From the NCBI GenBank assembly GCA_965223345.1, contig CBDCWG010000012.1:832001-896000 (forward strand): a stretch of DNA of 64,000 nucleotides, written 5' to 3'. The DNA comes from Nitrospinales bacterium (lineage in GTDB: Bacteria; Nitrospinota; Nitrospinia; Nitrospinales; VA-1). Made by a program: the position numbers and the translations under genes. Every line of letters begins with the position of its first letter. Position 1 is the first letter of the stretch. Shown here piece by piece: positions 20,186 to 30,698 of this stretch. The notes below the pieces were generated by a model that had not been told where the DNA came from, made no database searches, and saw only the letters and a list, made by a program, of their open reading frames with translations.

Positions 20186-22321
20186 ATGAACAAAATCAAA
20201 TTCCTGTTTGGCATCCACAATCACCAGCCTGTGGGTAATTTCGACCATGTGTTCGAAGAGGTGTACGAAAAATGCTACCGGCCTTATTTTGAGGTTCTGA
20301 GCGGGTTTCCCGAGCTCAAGACCGCCGTGCATTTTTCCGGGCCGCTGCTCGAGTGGCTGAAGGCGAACAAACCGGATTACCTGAAGATGATCCGCGGCAT
20401 GGCGGGCCGCGGTCATCTTGAGATCATGAGCGGCGGGTTCTACGAACCGCTGCTCTCCACGCTTCCGGAAGAGGACGCGGTCGGCCAGATCCGCATGATG
20501 AACGATTTCATCCGCGAGGAATTCGATTTCACGCCGCAGGGGCTCTGGCTGGCGGAGAGGATCTGGAACCCGGAGCTGCCGAAGATCATTTCCACAGCGG
20601 GCATCCGCTACACCGTGGTGGACGACACGCATTTTTATTATTCCGGACTGGAAGAAAGCCGCATGCAGGGCTATTTCATCACCGAACGCACCGGGCACCC
20701 GTTGTTTGTGTTTCCCATCAGCAAGCCGCTGCGCTACGCGATTCCCTTCAAGATGCCGGAAGAAACCCTGGCGGAGCTGCGCCGCGCGAAGGACGAGCTG
20801 GGATTCACCGGCGTCACGTATGCGGACGATGGGGAAAAATTCGGCAGCTGGCCGGAGACCCACCAGTGGGTGTACACCGAAAAATGGCTGGAAAAATTTT
20901 TTACGGCGCTCAGAGACAATGCCGACTGGGTGGAGACGACCACCTTCGCGGAATACATCGACCGGCACCCGCCCACGGGAAGGGTGTATCTGCCCATGGC
21001 TTCGTACGAAGAGATGATGGAGTGGTCGCTCACCACCGGTGCGGCGCTGAAGTTCAAACAGCTGAAAGAAGACATGAATGCGCGCGGGATCGGTGAGGAC
21101 CGGTTCAAGCTGTTTCTGCGCGGCGGGCAGTGGGACAATTTCCTCACCAAGTACGAAGAGAGCAACCACCTGCACAAACGCATGCTGCTGGTCAGCCGCA
21201 AAGTGAAACTGCTGGACCCAAACACGCAGCAGTCCAGTGGCGCGCTGAAGGCGCTGTACCGCGGCCAGTGCAACTGCGCGCAGTGGCACGGCCTGTTCGG
21301 CGGGTTGTATCTCAATTATCTGCGGCACGCGTTGTACCACGACCTGATCCATGCGGAGAACATCGCGGACGCCAAACTGAAGCAATCGTTTTCGGTGCAA
21401 AGCATCGATTTCAACCTGGACGGCAGGGAAGAGGTCTGGGTGGCCAATCCCAAGATGTCGGCCTTCGTGGCCCCCGCCTACGGAGGCGCCCTGCTGGAGC
21501 TGGACTACCGGCCGGCCTGCTTCAACCTGAGCAATGTGTTGCGGCGGCGCGAGGAGACCTATCACCAGAGTCTCAAGGAAGCCGCGCATGCCGAGCACGA
21601 GGACGGCGGCTCGCCGCAGTCGATCCACGACCGGGTCAAGTTCAAGGAAGGCGGACTTTCCGGCAAGCTGTTCTTCGACCGCTGGGAGCGGTATTCCTTT
21701 CTGGATCACTTTCTGGCCCCGGAAACCACGCTGGAGGATTTCAAGCGCGGCGCGTTTCATGAGGCCGGGGACTTCACGTCTGAAGAGTACGAAGTGCGCA
21801 CCCCCGTTCCCGGACGCTCCGCGAAAGAATTTGCGGTGAACCTGTCGCGCCGCGGGCGTGTCGAATCACAGGGGACGGCGGCCGCAATATCGATTCAGAA
21901 GGGGTATCATTTTTCCCGCAGCGAGGCCGAAATCCGCGTGCAGTACCGCATCGTCAACGAAAGCGAGCGGGCGGTGGCTTTGTGGTGGGGCGTGGAATTC
22001 AATTTCACGCTGCTCGCGGGCGACGCGCCGGACCGCTTTTATTTCCAGCCGGGCCAGGAGCTTGCGGAGAACCGGATGGTGAGCGAAGGGGAACTGCCTT
22101 CGGTAGCGAGCTTCGGTCTGCGCGACGACTGGCAGAAATTCGGCCTGCTGTTCACCTTCAAACCGGAGATGGATGTCTGGCGCTTTCCAGTGGAAACCAT
22201 CTCCCAGTCGGAAGACGGCATCGAACGCAACTACCAGGGCTCCTGCCTGCTGGCCCACCGCAAGCTCAACCTCGAGCCCGGAAAAAGCTGCGAGCAAACC
22301 CTGTATCTGAAAATTTCCTGA
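20186..22321 (+). CDS. GH57 alpha-amylase/4-alpha-glucanotransferase
   Basis: HNHQPVGN, GGFYEP, GLWLAERIW, DDGEKFG.WP, SYEEMMEW, WHGLFGGLYL. Confidence 0.92.
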   Translation: MNKIKFLFGIHNHQPVGNFDHVFEEVYEKCYRPYFEVLSGFPELKTAVHFSGPLLEWLKANKPDYLKMIRGMAGRGHLEIMSGGFYEPLLSTLPEEDAVGQIRMMNDFIREEFDFTPQGLWLAERIWNPELPKIISTAGIRYTVVDDTHFYYSGLEESRMQGYFITERTGHPLFVFPISKPLRYAIPFKMPEETLAELRRAKDELGFTGVTYADDGEKFGSWPETHQWVYTEKWLEKFFTALRDNADWVETTTFAEYIDRHPPTGRVYLPMASYEEMMEWSLTTGAALKFKQLKEDMNARGIGEDRFKLFLRGGQWDNFLTKYEESNHLHKRMLLVSRKVKLLDPNTQQSSGALKALYRGQCNCAQWHGLFGGLYLNYLRHALYHDLIHAENIADAKLKQSFSVQSIDFNLDGREEVWVANPKMSAFVAPAYGGALLELDYRPACFNLSNVLRRREETYHQSLKEAAHAEHEDGGSPQSIHDRVKFKEGGLSGKLFFDRWERYSFLDHFLAPETTLEDFKRGAFHEAGDFTSEEYEVRTPVPGRSAKEFAVNLSRRGRVESQGTAAAISIQKGYHFSRSEAEIRVQYRIVNESERAVALWWGVEFNFTLLAGDAPDRFYFQPGQELAENRMVSEGELPSVASFGLRDDWQKFGLLFTFKPEMDVWRFPVETISQSEDGIERNYQGSCLLAHRKLNLEPGKSCEQTLYLKIS

Positions 22322-22390
22322 CCGGACTGGACGCAATCCGATCGATGCGGGACAGGTTGTTTGGGAGGTCTGCGGAATGGGTTGGAATCG

Positions 22391-22837
22391 TCAGGAATAG
22401 GAATGCGGCTCGTTGCCGAGGGTGTTGCCCGGATCGGCGCCGATGAGAAACCCGAACAGGTGCGCTCTTTTTTCCGGGTCACCCTGATTGTAAATCCGCA
22501 CCAGTTTGTCGATCAGATCCTTCAGTTTCGGGTCCTCGCCGTACTCGGCGCTTTCCTCCTGCGCCATCGGGGCATCGGCGGCCATCTTGTTATTGCCGCT
22601 GCGCTTCATCGGGCCCTGTCCGATGAGGAGCCAGATGATGTTGATGTTGGTGTTGATGTGAATTTTAGCGATCGTGTCGGCGGAGGGCAGGGATTTGTTG
22701 TTTTCGATGTCCGACAGCGATCCCTGGGAAATGTCGATCAGCTCGGCAAGCTCGAAGGATTTCAGCGGCAGGGACTTTCTCCATTGACGGAGCCGGTCTC
22801 CCAGAAAATTCGTAGGACCTGATCTTTTGTCTTGCAA
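22391..22837 (-). CDS. XRE-family (CI-like) HTH transcriptional regulator without peptidase domain
   Basis: LGDRLRQWRK..ELAELIDISQGSLSDIENNKSLPS, WLLIGQGPM. Confidence 0.85.
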   Translation of the reverse strand: MQDKRSGPTNFLGDRLRQWRKSLPLKSFELAELIDISQGSLSDIENNKSLPSADTIAKIHINTNINIIWLLIGQGPMKRSGNNKMAADAPMAQEESAEYGEDPKLKDLIDKLVRIYNQGDPEKRAHLFGFLIGADPGNTLGNEPHSYS

Positions 22838-22860
22838 TATTCCGTTATCCGAATTATAGT
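22832..22860 (+). promoter_or_regulatory. sigma70 promoter divergent from the XRE gene
   Basis: TTGCAA-17 nt-TATAGT; -35 overlaps the XRE start codon. Confidence 0.6.
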
Positions 22861-23314
22861 GTTATTCTAGGAAGACTGTATCTTCACCAATCCGCAAGAA
22901 GTCACACCCGCCGCCGAAGCCGAAGATGGAGTGGTGTGAGAAATAACGATATTCCGAATTATAGCATCAAAGATTCGATCCTCTTAAAACTTTGTAGGTG
23001 AAGCAAGGACACGTTCCCTTCCTCAGCTTGCTTCGAGACTCCTTTATTCCGTGCATTTTTTCTTAAATAACCACGGGTTGGAACGCAGCCGGTTCCGATG
23101 CCGGCGTTCGCCGTGAACCGAAAAAAAATTCTCATCCCGGAAGACGTTTTCTCAGCAATCCGAGCGTTGTGTCGCAGGTTTTATTGTCAGGCACGCACTT
23201 TTTGCAGCTGCTGGTATTCAGGAAACGGCAACAAAGAAGCGCCTTAAGACTTTCGACATTCCGTAAAAAATTTCTGACAAAACTTCCGCGATCCAAAAGG
23301 ATTTGCCGTGAAGA

Positions 23315-24976
23315 TCACTCTCCGCGTGCGGTCTCGGGTTCTTTGGGCAACAGGATCTGAAACAGGCCGATCATCTCTTCAAAGCGGTAGTTGTCGGCGA
23401 TGAACCGAAACAGGACCGGCGCGTAGTTCGACAGGCGCCGCTCCTCCTTGCCGTCGATGGGGATGTCCACATAGACGATCAGCTGCGGCTGGGCCTGCTG
23501 CAGCTGCCGCACCACTTGTGTTTGTGCTGTTTCGTCCAGCATGCCGGGCAGGATCCAATCGTACGGGGTGGGGTTGATGCGGTCGGTGAGAAAGTAAAAC
23601 ACGGGATTCAGCGGCAGAGCCAGGATGGGGGCGCCCCGGTCGGTGTAGATCTCGATGCGATCGACGACTTCTTCCAGCCAGAGCGCTTCCGCGGGATGCG
23701 GCCGCACGTTCATGCGCGCCAACTCAACGGGACGCGATTCTTCTTTGAGAGCGCCGATGGAGCCGGCGTAAAAGCCGTGGTGGACGTTCATCTCATAGGC
23801 GAAAAGAAACGGCAGCGCAACGGCAAGCACATCGATCGCGGTTTTGCGCAGCAACACCACCGGATGCGCGGCGGCAGCCGCGAACGCCGGCCGGTTCTGC
23901 ATCCACCGGTGGGCGCGATGCAGGAGATAGCAGAACAGGATGTAAAACGGCGGCAGCGTGCGCAGCAGATTGTCGAAGCCGGCGCGCCAGATGACCAGGC
24001 CGTACACGCCCACACCGAAGCACAGCACGATGAACAGGTGCAGGTTTTCCCGTTCCGGAAAGGGCGCTCTCTTCAACAACCGGATGCCGATCAGGACGGC
24101 GACGCTCACATAGGCCCCGATTGGAAGATAAAACAGAACTCTCTCGAACAACTGATGCGGCCCCAGCTCCTTAAGGAGCGGGGTAAACGGCAGCAGCTTT
24201 GGAAACGGGTTGCCCCAGACCCGGTGCGCCTCGAACACCAGTTGAAACACCTTCTGCAGATAGTCGTTCCTGAAAAAAAACAGAGCGAGGGCGAAGAGCG
24301 GAGCCAGCAGCGCCAGGATGGAGACGAGGGTGGTTTTGCTTTTCAGCCGCAATGCGACGTGGGAGGCGTCTTCCCGTTGATCGCTGAATTTCAGGATCGC
24401 CGCCGCGGTTCCGCTCACCAGCAGAGCGATGAGCGCGATCTCGATTTTAAAAAAACCGCTCGCAAGGATCGCGGCGCAGACCATAAGCCAGTCCCGCGGC
24501 CGCCGTTTTGCCACCGCCTGCATGAGCAGGTACAGATTGAGAATGGCAAAAAACGGAAAGAAACGGTTGTAGTACATCGAGGGGGCGGAGAACATGCACA
24601 GCGCCGCCAGCAGGGCGAAGCCGGGCGGCATCAGTCTGCGCGCAGCGCCGTAGACCATGAGGACCATCGCGGGGGTGAACAGCAACACGGCGAGCCGCAG
24701 ACTCTGCACCTCGACGCCGAACAGTTTGAAGAACAGCGCGGCGTACAGGTAGCGGCCGGGCAGATAGCCGTTGGGATTGAAATCCTCCAACGCGCGTTCG
24801 CCGTTCAGGGTGCGCAGCGTGCCGTTGGCGAAGCCGCCTTCGTCCCAGATGTTGAAGCCGTATTGCGAGAAGGAATAGAAATAAACGGTCAGCAGAAGAT
24901 AGGCTGCGGCGAAGCGAACGAGTCGGGAGCGGGAGGCGACGGCGCGCAAACGGGCGAAGGGGGAGGCGGGGTCCAT
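23315..24976 (-). CDS. polytopic membrane protein, probable GT-C fold glycosyltransferase
   Basis: About 11-13 hydrophobic helices, WDEG acidic motif after the first TM, C-terminal FYFLTDR soluble domain. Confidence 0.65.
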   Translation of the reverse strand: MDPASPFARLRAVASRSRLVRFAAAYLLLTVYFYSFSQYGFNIWDEGGFANGTLRTLNGERALEDFNPNGYLPGRYLYAALFFKLFGVEVQSLRLAVLLFTPAMVLMVYGAARRLMPPGFALLAALCMFSAPSMYYNRFFPFFAILNLYLLMQAVAKRRPRDWLMVCAAILASGFFKIEIALIALLVSGTAAAILKFSDQREDASHVALRLKSKTTLVSILALLAPLFALALFFFRNDYLQKVFQLVFEAHRVWGNPFPKLLPFTPLLKELGPHQLFERVLFYLPIGAYVSVAVLIGIRLLKRAPFPERENLHLFIVLCFGVGVYGLVIWRAGFDNLLRTLPPFYILFCYLLHRAHRWMQNRPAFAAAAAHPVVLLRKTAIDVLAVALPFLFAYEMNVHHGFYAGSIGALKEESRPVELARMNVRPHPAEALWLEEVVDRIEIYTDRGAPILALPLNPVFYFLTDRINPTPYDWILPGMLDETAQTQVVRQLQQAQPQLIVYVDIPIDGKEERRLSNYAPVLFRFIADNYRFEEMIGLFQILLPKEPETARGE

Positions 24977-24985
24977 AGGCCGGGC

Positions 24986-26074
24986 CTAAAGGTGAGACTG
25001 CATTTCTTCCGCGAGCGTTTTGTGTTCTTGGACCAGCGACGGCAGATCCTGAATCCCGGAACCCACCGGCGGCATCTTCTTTTTGAGGGCGAGGATTTTT
25101 TCCACCGAGGATGCGATTTTTGCCTGCGGGATGCGCCCGGATTGCACATCCTGGATCATTCGATCCTGCAGCGCGCAGGTCTTCGGCAGGCTGTGGCAGA
25201 TGAGAAAAAGATCGATCCCCGCCTCGACGCCCAGAGCCGGATACGAGTCGAACGGCAGGTTGTCTTCCACCGCTTTCATCTCCAGATCGTCGGAGATGAG
25301 CAGCCCCGCAAAACCGAGTTTTTTTCTCAGAATGTCGTTGAGGATGGTGGGGGAGAAGGTGGCGGGCCGTTTCTCATCCCAGCCGGGATACATCACGTGC
25401 GCGGTCATGAGGATTTCCAGCCCGCCCTGGACGGCTAGGCCGAAAGGCACCAGCTCGACCGACTCCAGATCGGCGGCTTTTTTATCGACGCTGGGCAGGG
25501 TGAGGTGCGAATCCTGGCTGGTGTCGCCGTGACCGGGAAAATGCTTTCCGACCGGCAGGATGCCCGCCTCTTTGAACCCGCGCATGAAGGCCACGGCCAG
25601 CCGGCCGGCCCATTGCGGGTCGTCGCTCAACGCGCGCACGCCGATGATCGGGTTTTCCGGGTTGGTGTTGACATCGAGGATCGGGGCGTAGTCCATGTTG
25701 ATCCCCACCGCCGCCAGTTCTTTGCCCAGAGCGACTGCGAAGCGCTCGGCCAGCGATTCGGAGCGGGCCTTGCCGAGGCAGCAGGGGTGCGGGAACCGGG
25801 TGAAGGGCGGGCCGAGCCTTGAGACGCGGCCGCCTTCCTGGTCCACCGAAACGAAAAGCGGCGTGTGCGGCGGCGTTTCCAGGGCCAGGGCCTGCATGTC
25901 CGCGATGAGCCGGGTCAACTGGTCTGGCGTTTCGAAGTTGCGCTCGAAAAGGATCACACCGCCGATGCGGCGGTCTGTGATCAGCTCGCGGATCTCCGCG
26001 TTGAGGGCGGTGCCTTCGAACCCGGTGACCAGCATCTGCCCGGTGTGTTGTTTCAGTGTCTGTTGGGTGTCCAA
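24986..26074 (-). CDS. nagZ: beta-N-acetylhexosaminidase (GH3)
   Basis: GGVILFERN, VDQEGGRVSRL, KHFPGHG..SQDSH, MTAHV, ISDDLEM. Confidence 0.93.
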   Translation of the reverse strand: MDTQQTLKQHTGQMLVTGFEGTALNAEIRELITDRRIGGVILFERNFETPDQLTRLIADMQALALETPPHTPLFVSVDQEGGRVSRLGPPFTRFPHPCCLGKARSESLAERFAVALGKELAAVGINMDYAPILDVNTNPENPIIGVRALSDDPQWAGRLAVAFMRGFKEAGILPVGKHFPGHGDTSQDSHLTLPSVDKKAADLESVELVPFGLAVQGGLEILMTAHVMYPGWDEKRPATFSPTILNDILRKKLGFAGLLISDDLEMKAVEDNLPFDSYPALGVEAGIDLFLICHSLPKTCALQDRMIQDVQSGRIPQAKIASSVEKILALKKKMPPVGSGIQDLPSLVQEHKTLAEEMQSHL

Positions 26075-26475
26075 AGGGGCGTGGCTTTCGTGCTAAATTG
26101 TGGTCGATGCCAGGCCGTTCTGGGAAAGGGCGTGAGACATTCCGCCGGGATCCCGGGATCGATGCGCGTCATCGGGAAGAATCGCATTACGGGTATTGGG
26201 GCCGCTACGGGGCCGGCCGCCTGTCGGCCGCGGGTGTAAAGAATCCCGATCCCGTCCGACGGAGGTTTGAGGTCCCCTTTTCGGATGCGCCGAAGGCCCA
26301 ACGAAGTGATTTGCGGGGCATTGCCCGGTTTTGCGTCCCTATGGTAACATAACTGCATGGTTGGGAAATTTGCTTTTTTATGAGGACCTCTATCAATTCG
26401 ATCGGTTCTTTCAGGCAACGCCCTTTTCAGGGTTGCTCATGGTCCTATGCAATTCTTAGAGGTGCCCTTGTATAA

Positions 26476-27729
26476 ATGATGTCTCGTCGAGTGGTGATCA
26501 CCGGCATGGGAGCGATCAGCCCCAATGGTTCCGGTCTCAAACAATTCTGGGAAAACACATGCCAGGGGAAAAGCGGGATCGACCGCATCTCCAGCTTCGA
26601 TCCGTCGGGGCTTTCCTGCCAGATTGCGGGAGAGGTGAAGGCGTTCGACCCGGCCCTCTTTTACCCCAATTCCGAACTCAAAAAACTGCCGCGGGCCGTG
26701 CCGCTTGCGGTGGCGGCTGCGAAGGAAGCGCTGGATCATTCCGGCATCGACTTGAAAAGCTTTGAGGAGGAGGATTTCGAAAGCATGGGGGTGATGGTCG
26801 GCAGCGGCGGCGCCGGCTTCGACTTTTCCGAGAAACAGTTTGCAATCTATTATTCCGGGAAAAAGCACAAAGTCAGCCCGTATGCGATTTCCAATTCGCT
26901 GGTGGGGATGCTGTCCAGTGAGATTTCCATTTATTTCGGGTTTCAGGGACGCTCGCACGTGCTTTCCAACGGTTGCACCAGCTCCACCGATGCGATCGGC
27001 TATGCGTTCAATGCGATCCGTTCCGGCCAGGAAGACTGGTTCCTCTCCGGCGGGGTGGAGGCCTGTGTGACCCCCGCGTTCATGACGGGATTCGAACGGA
27101 TGAAAGCCAATCCGGTGCATTTCAACGACGACCCCACACGCGGGTCGCGCCCGTTCAACCGCGACCGCGAGGGATTCGTGCTGGCCGAGGGGGGCTGGAT
27201 GATGATTCTGGAGGATCTCGAACACGCCCGGCGCCGCGACGCTCCCATCTTCGCGGAAATTCTGGGATACGGCACCACCTGCGACGCCTATCACCGTGTG
27301 GCGATCATGCCGGACGGCAAACAGTCCACCCGGGCGCTCAAGCTCGCAATGAAGGATGCGCGCATCAACAAGGACGAAGTGGACTACATCAACTTCCACG
27401 GGACCTCGACGATCATCAACGACAAGATCGAGACCCACGCTGTCAAGCAGGCGTTCAACAGCCACGCGATGGACATCCCGGTCAGCTCCACCAAGTCCAT
27501 GGTCGGGCATCCGCAGGGGGCGTCGGGAGCGTTGGGGGTCACGGTCACGGGGTTGTCGCTGCACCACGGATTCCTGACCCCGACTATCAATATGGAAAAT
27601 CCGGATCCCGATTGCGATATGGATTATATTTCCAATGAAGGCAAAGAAAAGAAGATCCGCATCGGCATCAGCAACTGCATCTCCTTCGGGTCGAAAAACT
27701 CGGCGCTGGTGCTGAAAAAATTTCACTGA
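26476..27729 (+). CDS. fabF: beta-ketoacyl-ACP synthase II family protein
   Basis: RRVVITGMG, catalytic Cys (NGCTSS), SRPF..DREGF, HGTST, KSMVGH, SFG. Confidence 0.85.
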   Translation: MMSRRVVITGMGAISPNGSGLKQFWENTCQGKSGIDRISSFDPSGLSCQIAGEVKAFDPALFYPNSELKKLPRAVPLAVAAAKEALDHSGIDLKSFEEEDFESMGVMVGSGGAGFDFSEKQFAIYYSGKKHKVSPYAISNSLVGMLSSEISIYFGFQGRSHVLSNGCTSSTDAIGYAFNAIRSGQEDWFLSGGVEACVTPAFMTGFERMKANPVHFNDDPTRGSRPFNRDREGFVLAEGGWMMILEDLEHARRRDAPIFAEILGYGTTCDAYHRVAIMPDGKQSTRALKLAMKDARINKDEVDYINFHGTSTIINDKIETHAVKQAFNSHAMDIPVSSTKSMVGHPQGASGALGVTVTGLSLHHGFLTPTINMENPDPDCDMDYISNEGKEKKIRIGISNCISFGSKNSALVLKKFH

Positions 27730-27732
27730 CGG

Positions 27733-28353
27733 ATGAGAGGACGCATGCGAATACTCAGCGGTAAGAGATGGGCCGGAATCCTGGCGGTCGCACTGTGGGC
27801 GTTGGGGGGCGCCGGCTGCAGCTCGCTTGTGGGTGTGGATGTGACGGTGGTGGATCAGAAAACCGCTCTGGAAAACCAGATCCTCGGCAGCTACGAGGAA
27901 CTGGGAAACGAGATGCTGCTGCTCGCTTCAGTGCGGTCTGTGGATGAGGACGGGAAACTGAAGACGGTTGCGGAAATCCCGCCGGGCAAGATGGAAGCGA
28001 TCCGGGCGTTGCAGCGGCAGGAGTTCAACCGCGACGACATTCAGGCGTTCAAGGCGGACGGTGTGGCGGGCGAGGGAAACGAGGGACTGCTGGTTTTTTT
28101 CGAAACGGAAAAGACAAAGAGCGACCCGAAGTTCAAGGCTTTTGCCCAGTCGATCATCGCGGAGGAAAATGCCGACCGGCTGGCGATCCTGGAACGCACG
28201 GTGGCGACCAATGAAGCGTTCGCGGATGGAGACCTTCCCAAGGTGCAGAGAATCTTCGCGAGCCTGAACCGGGACAACGCCAAGCCCGGAGAAAAGATCC
28301 AGCTTGAAGACGGCAGCTGGAGCGTCAAAGGAACGCCCGCCAAACCCAAGTGA
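27733..28353 (+). CDS. lipoprotein, DUF1318/YdbL-like
   Basis: Lipobox GAGC; G.AGE.NEGLL, EENADR, AKPGE.IQ..DGSW. Confidence 0.7.
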   Translation: MRGRMRILSGKRWAGILAVALWALGGAGCSSLVGVDVTVVDQKTALENQILGSYEELGNEMLLLASVRSVDEDGKLKTVAEIPPGKMEAIRALQRQEFNRDDIQAFKADGVAGEGNEGLLVFFETEKTKSDPKFKAFAQSIIAEENADRLAILERTVATNEAFADGDLPKVQRIFASLNRDNAKPGEKIQLEDGSWSVKGTPAKPK

Positions 28354-28383
28354 CTTTTGCGGTCCGGTTGATCCGAAAACGGA

Positions 28384-28635
28384 TCAACGGTAAGGCATTT
28401 CGTTGCCGCTCAATTGCCGGGTGATTTCCTGTTCGAACAGGTTTTCCTTGCGCACGAACTCCTCGAATTCCCTTGGACTTTTGAATTCGAAACTGCGCGG
28501 TTCTTTCTGACCGCAGATTTCCTCGTCCTGCTCGACGGTCAAAACATTGTTTTCTACGGCCTTGATGACGAATTTTTTGCGGGTATTGAGTTTTGCAAAA
28601 ATTTCCCGATAAACAGGTTCCAGGTTCAATGCCAT
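28384..28635 (-). CDS. hypothetical protein (83 aa)
   Basis: GGAG RBS and protein-like composition. Confidence 0.65.
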   Translation of the reverse strand: MALNLEPVYREIFAKLNTRKKFVIKAVENNVLTVEQDEEICGQKEPRSFEFKSPREFEEFVRKENLFEQEITRQLSGNEMPYR

Positions 28636-28975
28636 GATGGTTCTCCGAGCGATGGTGCGAATGGCGTCTGATTTATTCGAATGAATGCAAAAATTATATA
28701 ATCCGGTTCTCTCAAAATCAAATTATTTGCCTCTCAGGAAAATAGGCAGAATTTGCGAGTAAAAATAGTTAACACTTCTCGAAATGTATGCTAATCTACA
28801 CGCGAAATTTTGGAAGAGGGCAACGACCCTCATCCTACCACATTCTCGCGCTTGGGGCCCCTCCGATTGCGGGTCCCGCGAACCAAACCCAGGACCATTT
28901 CCCCGCCGGGACCGACACGCACAGCTCGTTTTCAACCCGAAATTTTAACCGCTCCCGCCTTTCACTCAATTTCCC

Positions 28976-30424
28976 ATGTCTCACAGACAAACCCTGCAGA
29001 CTTTGATCGACGATTTGATCCGGGAATCCCGCACGCCGTTCACGGCCGAGGATCTGGAACAAAGAATCCAGCAACGCTGGCGCCGCAAGATCTCCGAATC
29101 CACGCTGGCGCAGTTGAAGGGGAAACTCTCGGATCACCACTACATCGTGGGAACCGATTCGGACGATTTTCTGCCCTATCAGGCGGTGCTCAACAAGATC
29201 GGACACATCCCCTTGCAGGTGGATCTGGGCAAGTTCGAGTTGCAGCAGCGGATTTTCATCCCCGGACACCGGCTGATTCCTTTTCTTTCCAACGACCGCA
29301 AGGAAGCGGATTTGACGTTCCTCGATGCGGACGGCCGGGAAATCCCGCGGCAGAAACGGAGTTTCTGTATCGAAGAGGTCATGCATTTCTACCAGTATGC
29401 GGGCGAGCGGCATTTCCCCGGAGACATCGACGTCAACGAATGGATGCCGGGCAAAAGTTCGGTGTTGACCTCGGTGTGGGACATGACGGCGTTTTTCAAA
29501 ACACACCGCAGCCTGGTGGGCGATGCGCTGCGCATCCGGCTGGTCGATTTCGATCAGGGGGTGTTTCAGATCCTGCCCTGTCCGAGAAACGAAGTCCGCG
29601 CCGGTCTTTTGCTCAGCCGGCGGCTGCATGTGGCGCTGGAGAGCATCCTTTCGCAATTGTGCCAGCGGGAGGACTTCGCCTCCGCTTCCCTGCAGAAGCA
29701 GATCATGCGGACTCTGTTTTCCCTGGAAGAAGAGGCGCTCAACGTTCCCGCTTTTTCACTGACGGATTTTCTCGAATCGCTCAAAGAGCTCACGGCGGTG
29801 AGTTCGGAAGGCGGCCAGGTGCAGCTGATTCCGACCTGGAAATCCGAGCCGGTGGGGTTCGTGCGCGAAGACGCCGACCGGGTTCCGAAAGGAGAGAAGG
29901 GATCGCTGGAAGAAATTTTCCAGGATCTGGGACTCGCCTTTCACGAGTGGGAATTCATCGCCATCCTGTACACCGTGATGGCTTCCGACAAATTCAAGAT
30001 CGAGCTGGTGTTCAATCTGCTGTTCGGCGGCCAGGGCAAGCTGTTTCAGGACCGCAAGCAGCACGATGCGTTTTACCAGCGTTTGCGCAAACTGCTCTAT
30101 AAAATCTGCGAAGACCTCAAACAGCCCGAATCCCGGCTGGTGGCCGAACTGCGCGACAAGTGCGTGGAGGTCAAGCTGAGTCTGATCGGCATCCTGCGCT
30201 TTCTCGAGGAAAACGAGGTGGGTCTCGAAGATCTGCCGGCGGAAACCCTGAACCCGATCATCGATCTGGATTATTTTTGTACCGAGACATTGCGACGCTT
30301 CGCGGACCGGTCTGCCCCCCAGGACCTGAAATTCATCCGCGATGTCCGACTGGCCCTGAAAATCGTGCTTCCCCATCTGGACCATCTTGAAGAAGAGGTC
30401 TATTTTCGCCTGGGGATTTTCTAA
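28976..30424 (+). CDS. hypothetical protein (482 aa)
   Basis: Long ORF with normal codon usage; no recognised motif. Confidence 0.8.
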   Translation: MSHRQTLQTLIDDLIRESRTPFTAEDLEQRIQQRWRRKISESTLAQLKGKLSDHHYIVGTDSDDFLPYQAVLNKIGHIPLQVDLGKFELQQRIFIPGHRLIPFLSNDRKEADLTFLDADGREIPRQKRSFCIEEVMHFYQYAGERHFPGDIDVNEWMPGKSSVLTSVWDMTAFFKTHRSLVGDALRIRLVDFDQGVFQILPCPRNEVRAGLLLSRRLHVALESILSQLCQREDFASASLQKQIMRTLFSLEEEALNVPAFSLTDFLESLKELTAVSSEGGQVQLIPTWKSEPVGFVREDADRVPKGEKGSLEEIFQDLGLAFHEWEFIAILYTVMASDKFKIELVFNLLFGGQGKLFQDRKQHDAFYQRLRKLLYKICEDLKQPESRLVAELRDKCVEVKLSLIGILRFLEENEVGLEDLPAETLNPIIDLDYFCTETLRRFADRSAPQDLKFIRDVRLALKIVLPHLDHLEEEVYFRLGIF

Positions 30425-30698
30425 TACGAAGGTCGGTTCCAAATGCGGAACGGTTTGCCCTTCCGCCCCATCATCCTGATCCCTGACTTCTCTTAAGAAA
30501 GGGGTTTTTCACGATCCAGGCAGGACCTCAACGCGGGGGAACCCTTCCTCCCCGGTCCGCCAAAGCTTTTTCTTGCGAAAAAAAATACGAACTCCGGCCT
30601 GCAACTGAGAGCGAGGGACCGCAACTCCTCCAGTGGCCCCTCGGAAAGGTCGCTTTGCTCGTTCGAGCGGAGGCTTTTTGCCGAAAGCCCGGAGACGT

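Noticed and set aside
22391..23314. Intact prophage or ICE around the XRE gene
   Set aside because: No integrase, att site, tRNA or phage genes
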